DNA of 63,780 nucleotides, filler included, from Folioceros fuciformis (lineage: Eukaryota): NCBI GenBank assembly GCA_049999805.1. It is 17 parts of 17 records of this genome, joined end to end, with 100 filler letters (N's around TTAATTAATTAA, not from the genome) between each part and the next. Parts side by side here need not be neighbours in the genome. Positions count along the whole stretch, not along the records: positions 34,910 to 45,634 come from JBNGIO010000500.1; positions 45,735 to 49,397 come from JBNGIO010000501.1; 15 more parts are not named here. One strand, given 5' to 3'. This document shows positions 36,822 through 49,497 of the stretch, one piece after another. The stretch's first letter is position 1; the number at the start of each line of letters is the position of its first letter. The notes below the pieces were generated by a model. That model was not told the DNA's origin. It worked only from the letters and a program-made list of their open reading frames with translations, and made no database searches. Made by a program: the position numbers and the translations under genes.

Positions 36822-37493
36822 ATGGATCTACCGCAATTCTTGGATCAAGAATTCGCGCTGCTGATTGCGCGGGCGATTGAAGCTATGCTGATGCGAGAAG
36901 AGGCTTTGGAATCTGCAGGTCTTTGAGTGGACTGGACGTCTCAGGATGTGGAGAGCAGCGAGAGTGCTGCTACTGTTGATGCATACCTGATGATCATGGA
37001 GCAATCGCGTTGTTGGTGGTTTGCTAAGCAACGTAAAGGGAGGAGGTTTGCACGCTCTGATCTGTGCGAATCCAGGGGACCAGAGCACTACCATCCCCGT
37101 GACCCCCCAGAGCACAAGTCTCAGTATAGCGATTTTTTCCCTTTGTCGCCTCAATCCATCAATCAGCATTGTTTCCATGCTCAACCTGTAGGCAGTCAGT
37201 ATCACCTGAATCGTCAGTGTCCTCACAAGAGTACCTTGCAGTTTCAGCATAGAGCCCTAAGGAAAGCCCAACAAGTGTCTAATTTGGCTTTATTGCATCA
37301 GGAGGTTCAGGTCCTTACCAAACTGGTCTTAGGTCAGGAAACAGCCTTGATCAGTAGATCCCGTCATGTCTTTGCGACTTTAGTCACAATAAGATCACAG
37401 TTAGAGTTCCTTTGTAAAAAAAAAAAACTTACACACAAAGATGCTCTCAATCACGATGTAATAGACTGCGCATGCCAATGCCAAGTCAACTGA
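36822..37493 (+). pseudogene. ORF0: extra ORF upstream of gag in the Copia element, function unknown
   Basis: ATG at 36822 (MDLPQFLDQEFALLIARAIEAMLMREEALESAGL*VDW...); 224 codons with one internal TGA at 36924; helical C-terminal segment. Confidence 0.5.
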
Positions 37494-37685
37494 ACCAGTG
37501 TCATCTGAACATGTTCCTCTCATTGGCATTTGTAATTGCTATCTACAGTGTCTTGAATATGTCTCCTGTCCAGTAGTTGCACCCACTTCTGCTGCAAGTC
37601 AGAACACCTTTTTGAATATGCACTTGAGTACCAAGTCCTTGTGAGTATAAGGGACTTGTTCCAAGATGGTGCTTATCAGTCCGAG

Positions 37686-40600
37686 ATGGATGACGAAGCC
37701 GAACGTGAGTTTGCTAGCACTGAATAGGAGAGGCAAGACATAGTGAGAGCGGACAGAGAAAGGGAGGAAAAGGATCAACTCCTAGCTGTAAAGGTTGATT
37801 TGAAGGAGAAAGATCGCCTTACCAGTGGTGCTAATTATGACGTCTGGGTGATGCGTATGCGTGGTTTCTTGCGGGAGGCTGGCTTGTGGGGACATGTCAC
37901 TGGAGAAGTACCGAGACCATATGATGATGTCCTTAGCGTCCGGAGAATCACATCTGCAACCCCTGAACAACGACGCTGGGATCAACTAGATGAGAGAGCA
38001 CAAGGCATTATCCGCATAGGGTTAAGTGAACAGATAGCCTTGAGCGTGATTGACGCCAAGACGTCTAAGGAAATGTGGGATCACCTGGCCATGGTCTATC
38101 ATGCTAAGGATATGATGACCAGAATGGCAGCCCAAACTAAATTTCATTCACTCAAAATGCGGGAGGGAGAACCTATTGACCAGTTTGTAACACAGTTCCG
38201 AAATGCAAGGCTTAAGCTAGAGCAGATTGGTGCACGAGTAAATGAGCAAGATGCCTGTGTAAGGTTTTTGTCAGACTTACCTCCAAGCTACTCACACTTC
38301 GTGTCCGGTCAGAATGCGGTGCTGTGTATGGCCAGACAGTTGGCCATAGTAGCACATATTGATGAAGACCAAGTGCCAGCATTGGAATTTAACGAACTTG
38401 TTGGAGCTCTACTCCAAGAGGAGATGACAAGACAGTCATCCAAGCCATCAAGAAGTCAGGCTCTTTTCACAGCCAGGCCTAAGGGTCCAAGGAGACCTGG
38501 ATAGTCACAAGGCAATAAGCTTGCTGGTCCTTAAAGGGCAAGTGGACAAACCCGAGTGGACCAGGAGAGTCATCGGGAAACAAGAAAAGAGTGGGAAACT
38601 GTAATTGGTGTGGGCTTCCGAACCATTGGGAGAGGGACTACAAGAAAAAGAAAAACAATGAACCGAGGTGTGTTCCATTACCTGAGGCACATGTAGCTGC
38701 CAAGAAGGAGAAGACATCGCCGTCGGTACTCATGGTTTATTCACCTCCGAGTCTGACCTCTGTCATGGAAGTAGCTGAGTGCAGCACTGATGAGAAGCCG
38801 ACCAAGAAGTTTCGCCATATTCATCAAGTACTAACAGCTTGGATGCCGTCAACTCATGTGAGCGAAGCTGGTATGTTGACTCTAGGGCTACTTCCCATAT
38901 TTGCTGTGATAGGTCTGTGTTTATAACCCATGTCAAGAATAGAACCCCACAAACAGTGTTGTTAGGTGATAACAGCCAGTTAGAAATACATGGAGTAGGC
39001 GAGGTTAACTTGCGTTTAAAAAATGGTGCCAAACTCACGCTTAGGAATGTGCTCCATGTCCCCACTATAGCAAAGAATCTGTTGTCAGTTCATCAGCTCA
39101 CAATAGATAATCACAGTGAAGTCATTTTTAAGAAGTCTATGTGCTTGATCAAACAGGCAGGGAAAACCATTGCAGTAGGCAATTTAGCTCATGATCTGTT
39201 TATGTTAGATGCACATAGCATACCAGTTCCGTCGGCACAAGTTGCAGGTGTCAGTCCATCTCTCACTGACACAAAGGTAACACAGCTCTGGCACATGAGG
39301 TTGGGGCATCCAAACTCCACTAAGCTAAGTGTAATGGAGAAGGCGGACGTGTACTTTGACGGTGTACCAAAGAATTTGAGCAGGCTGCCTTTCTGTGAGG
39401 CCTGCACGTTTGCAAAACATCACGTCAAAGCTTTCCCCAAAGGTGGTGGCACAAGAGCAACTGGCTTGCTGCAGTTAGTCCATGCAGACCTATGCGGTCC
39501 ACTGTCACAGGACTCATTTGGCCGGGGCCGGTATTTTCTATCATTCATAGATGACTATAGTAGGTATGTGCACATCTATGTGTTGAAACACAAAAGCGAA
39601 GCATTCGAGTGTTTCAAGCATTACCAAGCCTTGGTAGAGCGGCAGCAGAGCGTGAAAATTTGGTGCCTTTGAACTGACAACGGAGGGGAATTCGATTCAA
39701 ATGCATTCAATGATTACTGTAGCAGTCTTGGAATAGCCCGCCAGTATACTGTTCCATACAGTTCCTCACAAAATGGTGTGGCTGAGAGGTGGAACCGAAC
39801 TGCACAAGACATCACAAGAGCGTTGCTAAAGCAAGCCAAGTTACCGCTAACCTATTGGAGCGAGGCGATCACAATAGCAGCTTACCTGCACAACAGGCTG
39901 CCATCTAGTTCTGTGTAGGGTCGAACGCCATATGAGTTGTGGTGCGGCATAAAACCTTCAGTGCAACACCTGAGGGCATTTGGCTCTCCAGCCTATGCTC
40001 ATGTTCCCAAGCAGAAGAGGGAGCACACCAAGTTATCAGATCGAGCTGTGCAACGAGTTTTCATCGAATATACAGATGGCATAAAGGTGTATAAACTCTT
40101 TGATCTTGCAACTCGGCAAGTTGAGTATGCCCTAGCGTGATCTTCAATGAGGCTGCATTCTTGGAGCAGTCAGGTACTGCTGGTGTTGACCAACGTGAGC
40201 CCTCGGATCCCATGCATGAACCTACCCTTGCCCAAGAGGACAATACAGTAAACTCATTTGGTTTTGAGCATGGTACCCTAGACTCAGCATCGAATAGTAT
40301 TGAGGAAATACAGACTGCAGTCTTTGACCAGTCTGAGCATAGTACGTCTCATGATGAAGAGGACTCCTATGACTTACCTGGCGATTATTCTGTGGAGGAG
40401 CCCCTTCAAGTTCAAGAGCCGATCCCTGCAGGGGATGATGTCTCTGAAACACTGTCTACAGCTCCTCCAATACGGACATCAACCAAGACTCGCACAGCTC
40501 CTGCATTTTATCAGTCTGATCAGTGGATCAGTAGACACAACCACACAGATTTTGCTACAGGAAAGGTTGACAGTTCACGTCCAATTGGGGACTCTTATGT

Positions 40601-42324
40601 AGAAGCTAATGTGCATTCAAGTGGTGAGGAAGACACGCCTATGCTTTCGTCCCTACTGACAACTGTACAACAAGGTCACCTTGATAATGACCTTACTATA
40701 GCTCAGGTACTAGCAGTAGCTGCAGCTAGTGTGAACTCAGGTGATCCTGGCAACTATGCAAGAGGCATATAGTGGTCCAGCTGGTAAGAGTTGGACGAAG
40801 GCTGTTGAGGACGAATATGCGTCCTTGATAAAAAACGGAACTTGGACTCTGCAGGAGCTGCCAAAGAATAGAAGGGCAATCAGCAATAAATGGGTATTTA
40901 AGACTAAATATAATGCAGATGGGAGTATAGAACGATTAAAGGCAAGGCTTGTAGTGAGGGGATTTTCACAACGTGCAGGAGAGGATTACTTCGAGACCTT
41001 CGCACCTGTGGTAAAATTTCCTACCCTCAGGCTTGTCTTAGCAGTGGCAGCTCATGAAGACCTAGATCTTGAGCAGTTGGACATCCGTACAGCTTTCTTG
41101 AATGGAACCCTAGATGAGGAAATCTACATGCAGCAGCCTGAAGGGTATGTTAAAAGGGGAAGCGAACATCTGGTGTGCAAGTTGAACAAAACACTCTACG
41201 GGCTCAAGCAGAGCCCACGAGCATGGCACAACATACTGGATACCTTTTTGCTGAAGTGTGGATTCAACAGGGCCACAGCATATTGCAATTTGTACGTGCT
41301 AAGAAGGAAGTCCATGTACCTGCTGGTATTGGTGTATGTAGATGACTTGATACTAGCAGCAACACCAGGTCCGGCTAGTTTGTTGATTACAGTCAAAAAC
41401 CTGCTGAAGGCGGAGTTTGAAATGACGGATAAAGGTCCACTCAAGTGGTGCTTGGGAGTTGAGGTGATCAGAAACCGACCAAAAAGGTCTATCAAACTGT
41501 CACAGAAAAAGTATGTAAATGACATTCTTAGTAGGTTTAATTTGATGGATGCCCATGGTAGCAACACTCCATTGTCAACGGGCGTGAAGCTGACAAAAGA
41601 GCAAGCAGCTGCATCACCAGCAAAAATCCAGGAAATGAAAAAGGTCCCCTACAAAGAAGCAGTATGTACGTTAATATACCTAACATGCTTGACAAGGGCG
41701 GATATTGCATTTCCAGTGCATCTCGTCTCTCAGTTCCTGTCAAGCCATGGCAAGGATCACTGGATTCAGGTCAAGCGGATAATGAGGGACCTGAAGTATA
41801 CAGCAGATTACTGCATCACTTACCAGGCTGAGGACAGTAGAAGACTAGAGCTTGTGGGTTTCTGTGATAGTGACTGGGCAGCAGACCCGATAGCAGGAAG
41901 TCGATTGCAGCATACGTATTCATACTGGCTGGTGGACCTATCTCTTGGTCCTGCAAGAAAAACCCTAAACATATGTTTATCAAGTACTGAAGCAGAATAC
42001 AAGACGCTTACCGTGGCTGCGAAGGAAGCCATCTGGGATCGACGATGCTTGGGTGACATAGGACAGAACCAGATAGAACCTACAAAGCTACACTGTGACA
42101 ATCAAGGGGCGATTGCTCTTGCCAGCAATCCGGTCTTCCACTCACGAACGAAACACAAAGAGGTGCACCATCATTTTATTAGGGATGTAGTCGCAAGAGG
42201 CAAGTTACGGTTGGCCTACATCAGCACCTCTGAGAACCCTGCTGATATCCTAACTAAGGCATTGTCCTCAAAGCAACATCATAAGCACTGCAGGCATCTA
42301 GGAATGGTGCCTACAGAACTATAG
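37686..42324 (+). pseudogene. Copia gag-pol polyprotein (gag, PR, IN, RT, RH) with stops and frameshifts
   Basis: GANYDVWVMRM, CNWCGLPNHWERD, WYVDSRATSHIC, LWHMRLGHP, LVHADLCGP, CL*TDNGGEF, KARLVVRGF, YVDDL, FCDSDWA, SSTEAEY, ADILTKAL. Confidence 0.96.
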
Positions 42325-43010
42325 ACAAGGATGTGTAGTTAGGTAGCAATCTAGGTATGCATAGGTTGACGTCTAGATTATCAGTCCAGAATATACCTGG
42401 TCATTGTGTGTCGTCAGCTTGCAAGTCTGGAACTGTAACAACAACAGGTACAGCGTAAGGTTAGAAGATAATTGACTATGCATCGGAGCTGGTGTGGAGG
42501 CAAGAGCTCACTAGAGCAGCTGGTGACGGTGGAAGGTGGGCTGCACGAAACTGTGGTCCGCACGAATCTCAAACCTGTGCTTCTGCAGATGAAGTTTGCA
42601 GGAGCCCAATTCGCTCCAGTGTATGTGATGTAACAGCTGTGCATGTGATGACCAACAAGGTGCTGACGTCTCTGCTCAAACGTCGGAAACTGGATTTTAG
42701 AGAAGGATATGGACAAATTTCAAGGCGCGAGAGAGAGGGCTGATTAACACGAGCATAAGAGACGGCCATATGTCGATTATTGCAATACTCGTTGAGTGGG
42801 GGTGTTAGAAGTATAGTTTAAAATACTTAGGGCAACTAGTATTATGTTAAGTGGGGGATAATAACTGTTATTACCGTCCCTGTCATCTAACCTATATAGC
42901 GCACAAGGCGCACACTGAAATGTAACCGATATTCGTATACATGCTTTCGTGTGCGCTGCATCTTTGTGCATAGAGTGATCGTTGTGATCATGTGCAATCC
43001 ATAACGCACA

Positions 43011-45634
43011 CAGCCTTTGCTGCCCGGCTCAAGTCCACCCCGGCCAGCTCCTACAAGCCGGGCGGCTTGCTTGCTAGCAGCCCAACCTGGCCAGCCGCCA
43101 TGGGCCGCACACTGGCCTCCCATCTTCAAGGATCTGGCCGGGCAGGCCCCCCCTCCTAGATCCTGCTTAGCCAGCCACCACCGGCTTAGAGCCGTTGCCA
43201 GGCCACTTGTCGATACAGCCTCCTGGCTGGCTGGATCCACCAGCCCTTCCTTTCCCCAGCCTGCTTCATTGCTGCCCCGGCCTGCCATGCCCGGGGTGTC
43301 CTGCCAGCCAGGATATGGCCCGCCCTGCTCTTGAGCCTGGCCTGCCCGGCTGCCTCCAGATGCAACCAGCTGGTCAGCCCAGCTGGTCACATAGCCGCCG
43401 CCGGCCCACCGCTGACTGACCACCTCCAGCCAAGCCCCCTACTTGGCATGGCTGCTCCCCCACTTGCCGGCAGCCTGCAAGCCTGGCTGCCTAGCACCCA
43501 TGACCAGCCAGAAGACCCTCCCTGACCAAATCCGTCTACCAGCCCAACGGTACTCCGGCCTGCTACTGCTGCGGATCCAGCTCCGGTCCCGAGTCGTTCA
43601 GGCCGCCCACCTACTCGGCCTGCCTTGCCTGCCGACTGGCCACAAGTCGGCCTGGATCTCCCCCAGCCACCAGTCGACAGGCAGCAGCCTGATGCCTGCT
43701 GCTGGGCCGGCTAGCTGTTGGTTTCCTGCCTTGGTGACCCTCACACCCAGGCCCACCCCGGCTAGCCCAACTAGTTGACCAGCCCGCCTCCCGGATTGGC
43801 CAGCCGCCTGCCCACTAGATCCCGTTGGGACCTCAGCCTAGCCCCGGCCTGCTAGCGCCACGGCTTGCCCAGGCCAACTGGCCAGAGCCGTTGGCCAACC
43901 CCTCGACCCCCATATCCAGCCAGGGAGCCACCCTGCCCGACGGCCTGTGGAGCACGTCTGGCCTCTGTCGTTGCTGGGCCAGTTCGGCTGCTTGCCGGTT
44001 GCCCGTGCTACTGGGGCACCTGCCTGCCCCAGCCTCCTAGCTAGCCACTACAAGCCATCCTATCGATGCTTGACCCGGCCTCCTGGGCCTGCTAGTCAGG
44101 CGCCCTTCAGCCCCGATTAGCGAGTGCCAGAAGCCGATCACCAACCCTAGCTGCTAACCTGGCCACCTGTGCTCTCATGAGCCTTGTGTAGCCGGTGAAC
44201 TAGGAGTAAGGGCCCGTCATCCCCATCCTTACCTGAGAGCCCCGACTCACCCTTCGCACGCACAGTCCTAGGATCCTACACTCATCTAGACACCCTAGCC
44301 AAGGGGGCCTAGACCCGTGACCTACCTGCCACACTTCCCTCTAAGACCCTCTTGACTTACCGTTAATCTACCTCTAATCTAACCTAGTCTCCTAACCACT
44401 CCTCCACGAAATTCAATCAGAAACCCAAAAAAAACAAACTCTGCCATTTTCCAGGGGGTCTGTTCGCCATATGGACTCCACACATAGCAACATGGGAATC
44501 TCTAGCCCCCGCCACCTCGAGGTAGTGACTTGCAACCTGCCTGTCCCCATCAACATGAGAGTCGTCTTTTGCAATGTGAAGGCGCGAGGGCAGCATGGAC
44601 GTGTCAGGCAAGTCGCCCTTCTCCTTCTGCTTCGCCAGCCTGCTTCCGGCTAGCCCGTTGGCTGCCTGCACCCTTGGATCTGGCCAGGCAGCCAGCCCGC
44701 ACGGCTGCTTGCTGCAGCCCCTAGCCAGCCCCCTCATGATCCTAGCCAGCCAGCCATGGCTGCCTGGATCCCAACGCCCTGCTTGACCGCAGCGAGGTGT
44801 CCGTGCTGCTGGCCCAGCCACCCTCCAGGCCGCTTGCCAACGGCCGCCTGCCCAGATCCAGCGCCGCCGCCTACTTAGATCCAGCCCAGATCATGCCGAG
44901 ACCCGCATGGCCTAGATCCACTTGTAAGGCCGCTATCAGCCGGCCCGAGCTGGCCTGCCGGCTAGGCCCTTCAGCAGCCCGCCACCAACCAGCCACTCCC
45001 CAACAGCTGTGGCCAACCGCCCCGACAGCCTGAGCCTCGCTTGCTGGCCAGCACGGCCTGCCTAGCGATCCAGCTAGGCCGCCGCCGGGATCCACCCGGG
45101 CCAGCCTCTCGGCCGCCAGCAATCCTCCCCTAGCCAAGCGGCTGTCTGGCTGCCCGGCCGAATCCGCCTACCAGCCTGGCCGCACACCCCCTCCTCGCCG
45201 ATTCGCCTAGGCCGCCCTCTTGCTTGGATTTCCTCCCACGCCAGCCCGGCCATGTGCACTGAGGCCACACACCAGCCTTGCGGGTTTTCGGATCCAGCCA
45301 CGCCGTCAACCTTCCTCGCTGGCTGGATCCGCCAGCCTGGTCTGACACTAGCAGGATCCGCCTGCCTAGTCCACAGCGGTTGGGCTTGGCTTGGATTCCC
45401 CCCCTATAGCTAGCCGCATGTCTAGGTCCGATTCGCTTGCACTAGCCTGGATGCGCGACCTCCTGCTTGCCTGGATCCGGCCACGTGCCAGAGGCCGCAA
45501 GCTCGCATGCTCTCCCTCCGGATCCGGCCAGGCAGCCAACGCCTCCGGAGGCCTATCACCTGATCCATCCTGGGGGCCACCTGAGCCCGTTGGCTAGCCG
45601 TCTCAGCCACTACTGCCAGCCGCCTGGTCAGCCT
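43011..45634 (-). mobile_element. Gypsy family segment: GC-rich domains flanking the C-terminal tip of ORF-X and its 3' region
   Basis: 44270-44490 is an inverted homolog of 19660-19890 (GVHM..R.PGKW followed by a T-run). Confidence 0.75.
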
Positions 45635-45734
45635 NNNNNNNNNNNNNNNNNNNNNNNNNNNNNNNNNNNNNNNNNNNNTTAATTAATTAANNNNNNNNNN
45701 NNNNNNNNNNNNNNNNNNNNNNNNNNNNNNNNNN

Positions 45735-45807
45735 AAAACCAAACCATACCACTATTAACCCTTTTTCAACCAAAACAAACTACTACCCCAAACTTTGGAG
45801 GTTCACA
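45735..45807 (-). mobile_element. Gypsy LTR-B 5' terminus inserted in ORF-X
   Basis: ...CCCCAAACTTTGGAGGTTCACA followed directly by ORF-X coiled-coil codons. Confidence 0.88.
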
Positions 45808-46781
45808 TAGAGGCACACGAGAAGCTAACCGAGGCTGAGGCAAGTCGGCAGCAATTGGAGGAAATACGACAAACCCTGAGTGCAGCCAAGGAGCAAGCAA
45901 AGGAAGAAGCCTGCCGAGCCCGAGAGGAAATGCAGACGCTGAAGGAGCAGCAGGATTTGCTCCTGGCTCAAGTTAGAGAGGCCCATGGGACCAACTAGGA
46001 AATGTAGCAGGAATTGCTAAGGGCCCAAGAACAGGAGGTGGCTACAGTGAAGAAAGTGCAAAAGCTGGCAGACAGGTATAAGCGGGAGCGGGACGAAGCT
46101 CGGAACCAGGTGAAAGGAAAAGGCAAGACTATGCGAAGTAGCCAAATTGCGACAGAGGTAGCTGAAGAGGCTACCGGTCGAAGAGAGACCATGCCGGTAG
46201 AGGAAAGCCTGACCAAGGTAGAGGAGGCAGCAACCGTCGAGGAAACCGCAACCACCAAAGCTGGAATGGCAACTTGCACCCGGAGGACGGAACAGGGCGG
46301 AGCAGCAGCTTGGGGAATGGAGGATCTTCCAGTGCCATTGGAAAGCAAAAGGCAAGCAGTTCAGGATAGCCCACGAGAGGAGGGGGTAAGCACCTCATCC
46401 ACAACAGAAGATCAGATTGTATTGCAATATCTGGATGAGGCCACTTATGTTCCTGGTCTTTATGTCGATGGAGACCGTGTGCTAAACTTAACTGTCCATG
46501 TGCGTGTGGAACTAGGAGGGACAAGGGTCTACTGCCTGCAAATGAGGACTTGCACGGGGTCCCTCTTCCATTGTTGTCGAGTGTGGGGATTGCCTCCTTA
46601 CTATTCAGAGGTAGTCCTGGAAGAATTGATGAAGGAGGAGGCAAAGGCGTGGGTTGAGCGAGAGCCTGTGATGATTCTCAGCAACAGACGACGGGAGGAG
46701 AGAAAGAGTCCCCCTCGACGGGGCCCACCTATGCCGCCACTGGAAAGGTCAAGTAGCAGCAGCGAGGTAGAAATCCTCTAG
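45808..46781 (+). pseudogene. ORF-X C-terminal half (coiled coil + unknown C-terminal domain)
   Basis: AKEQAKEEACRAREEMQ...QKLADRYKRERDEAR..VKGKGK aligns to 57923-58300; downstream YLDEATYVPG aligns to 58800-58829. Confidence 0.7.
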
Positions 46782-47189
46782 GAGGATTTGCCTGACCAAC
46801 AGCGAGGGAGGAGGGCTCGAGGCTGGAGGGCGAGAGGAGGAGCGCGACGACCAGACAGGAGGCGGGCGCGGCGATAAGATAGGCCATAGTAATTGCATCT
46901 TAGAATAGAATATTGTAGGATCTAGAGGAGATGCTTTTCTTGGACCTGATGCCGCTCATAATTAAGAGCGCCCCTTGTTCGTGGACCAGAATTAATGGCG
47001 GTTGTGGACCCGTCATCGTGTACAAGAGGCCTGTTGGTGCCTCACTGAGTAGCGAGAGTTCAACGTTTCCAACTTGAGGAAGCTTGGCGACGGCCGCTGC
47101 CGGATAGGGAGATTTGGGCAGGTGAATGCGTGCGGTGTTCCTGGCTAGAGGTGTGCATGACTTCTCTGCTCCATGACGAGCAGCACCGG

Positions 47190-47661
47190 GGACGAATCGG
47201 CAAGGAGCGCCCACCGAGTGGAAGGAAAGCTTCCCCACTATTCCTGGTAGCCAGCGTTGTGTGTCGCAGTAGGAGCAAAGGGGGATGAATCCGCCAACTG
47301 TGGAGTGGAAGCGGGACACCTACTTCCCTTATTTCCTGGCGTTTCATCTGCTCTACAAATATCGGAATGAGAAGTGAGTCAAGGTGAAGACGGGCTGCAT
47401 GTGGTAGCTACAGGAGGGAGACGAATCCACCGATTGCGGAGTGAGGGAGAATTCATCCCACCCTTATTTCATGATTGTCAGCTACCACCTGGTCCTAGTA
47501 TTGGTGTGAGGGAGTGTTGAGTTGTGGTCGTGTGAGAAGAAGAGAAGTAAATGAGCGAGTGTGTGAATTAAGGTGAGAAGAAGAGAGATCGCGGTGTCTG
47601 CAAAGAGGGAGACAAATCTGCCAACTACGGAGTGGAAGGAGTGTCTCTCCTTCCCTTATTT
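47190..47661. repeat. Four spaced, degenerate ~55-bp modules
   Basis: Consensus G(A)CGAATC.GCC...GGAGTGGAAG-N5-11-CTTCCCTTATTTC at ~47190, ~47283, ~47418 and ~47607. Confidence 0.65.
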
Positions 47662-48297
47662 CTTGAACTGTTGAACGCAAATGAAGGTGCTGTGAATGCT
47701 GAGTGTCCGAGAGAGTGTTAAGGTTGTGACAAAGTCGTTGAGGAATTTCTGAAGGAACTTTGTGTGTTGGGAATACTGTCGAGGAATTGTGATACGAGGT
47801 ACGGTTGAGAGACTGGTTGAGGAATTGTAGTTGTTGTTGGAAATGAAGTGAGTTGCGAGGAGTGCTTGTATGTTGGAATCGGGCATGTGTTGGAAGTGTT
47901 GTGCGGTTGTGGGGCGTAAGGTGCATACGCCCATGGAATGGAGTTGTCTAAGTGTAACTATGGTTGTGTGAGCTGTTAAGTAACCCCGACCCGTGACCCT
48001 GGGAAATCGAGACAGAACCTGCGAGCGGGAGCCACAAGAGTACCTGTGACGTCAAGTGTTGGTTAGGCTTCTGGGTGAGGCCCACCATGGTAGTGGAGTC
48101 CGCTACCGGTTGTGGAGACCCCAACCGGTCATAGAGGGGCAAGTGGTCGTAGAGATCCCTACCCTGGTTGTGGAGAGTTGTAGAGTAGGGTCTGGGGTAG
48201 CTAGACTAACTAAAGGGTAGTGGCAGTTGAACTTGCAGGTAGTAGAGCTAGGGATAGGTAAGACCTGACCTAGGTGAGACAATATTAAGAAGAAACC

Positions 48298-49397
48298 TGT
48301 GTTACTTGGCACAAATCATTCCCTTGGGATCGAATCCCACGCCTACAATGACATAGAGGGTTTGTGTGGACCTCGCGGTGCCCCTGGGCACAATATTTTC
48401 CTCCACAGCGTGGGACACTCCTCGCTGTCTAGCAACCAACTGCACCTCTCTTGGTGCCCACAAATGCACTCCAGTCACTACAATGACACTAACCTCTCAG
48501 ATCTGCGACTTTCCTCACTCACTTCCTCCAGCACTAGCACCAACACTACCTTCTACACTTCCCTATTGACTCCCCCACTTGGCAAGAGTCACTAGACTAA
48601 CCCCAAAGAAGAGCATGTCACAACCCATTATCCTACCAGACACCATGCGAGCATGGTCGGCACTCACTCCAGTCCTGCAAGGAAATAAGAATGAACCAAG
48701 CAGGACAGATCACAAGAGAGGTTGTGAAGTGATGACTTGCCTCCTAGGGGCTCACTCTATCTTATAGGAGCCTCTCTCTCTCGTACCTCACCTCTGTGTA
48801 GCTTGACAATTATTATTTTAATACGACAGCCAGCCGAGCCGGCTGTCACCAGCCACTTATTTAGACTTTCCTAGCATGTCCCGACGTCAGTATTAACGAG
48901 CTAGCCCTACAACCTACTGACCCTACCACCACAAGTATCCACCACCTATTAAACTATTCTAAGACCTTGAAGGATGAATGATCTTCAAAGATCTTCTGGA
49001 TGCAACCTCTTTTTTGCTGGATGGCTGCCTGCAAAGCCTTCCCCTGCAACTGTTCCCCCTGGTGTTGGGCCTACCTCCATGGAAGGAGTATAACAGTGGG
49101 AGAAGAAAGGAAAGAGGTGAGAAAAAGTGTGATCAGCAGACGGAACCGGATCTGAAATTAGCAACTTATTCAGCAAAATCGATTTCCAGCCGAAACGGTT
49201 CCTTGGACATTGAAAACTGATCCTGGGGTCCTGGGACAATTCAAACTGTCGACCAAGTGAGGTAGGTAAGGTTCATACTTTCTAGAATTATCTCCCAGAA
49301 AAGCAAAGAAAAAAAATAAAGGAAATGGGAAAAAGGGGAGGAAGACGGGACGGCCAGCTCTGCGGGCAGAGGTCAGGCAGCACCGGCAGACACAGGC
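48298..49397. mobile_element. LTR-like segment related to family D
   Basis: Starts TGTGTT; 48412-48543 closely matches 9540-9678 (CTCCAGTCACTACAA...CTCTCAGATCTGCGACTT). Confidence 0.55.
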
Positions 49398-49497
49398 NNN
49401 NNNNNNNNNNNNNNNNNNNNNNNNNNNNNNNNNNNNNNNNNTTAATTAATTAANNNNNNNNNNNNNNNNNNNNNNNNNNNNNNNNNNNNNNNNNNNN

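Larger units (their letters stand above)
36547..43010 (+). mobile_element. Full-length Ty1/Copia LTR retrotransposon, 6464 bp, inactivated
   Basis: 208-bp LTRs at 36547-36754 and 42803-43010 (TG...CA, ~10 mismatches by eye), TSD CAGCC at 36542-36546 and 43011-43015, PBS TGGTAACAGAGC at 36755-36766, G-rich PPT before 42803. Confidence 0.97.

Noticed and set aside
47190-47661. Hammerhead ribozyme or repeat-peptide antisense gene
   Set aside because: No CUGANGA core paired with GAAA on either strand, and the reading frame is not preserved between modules.
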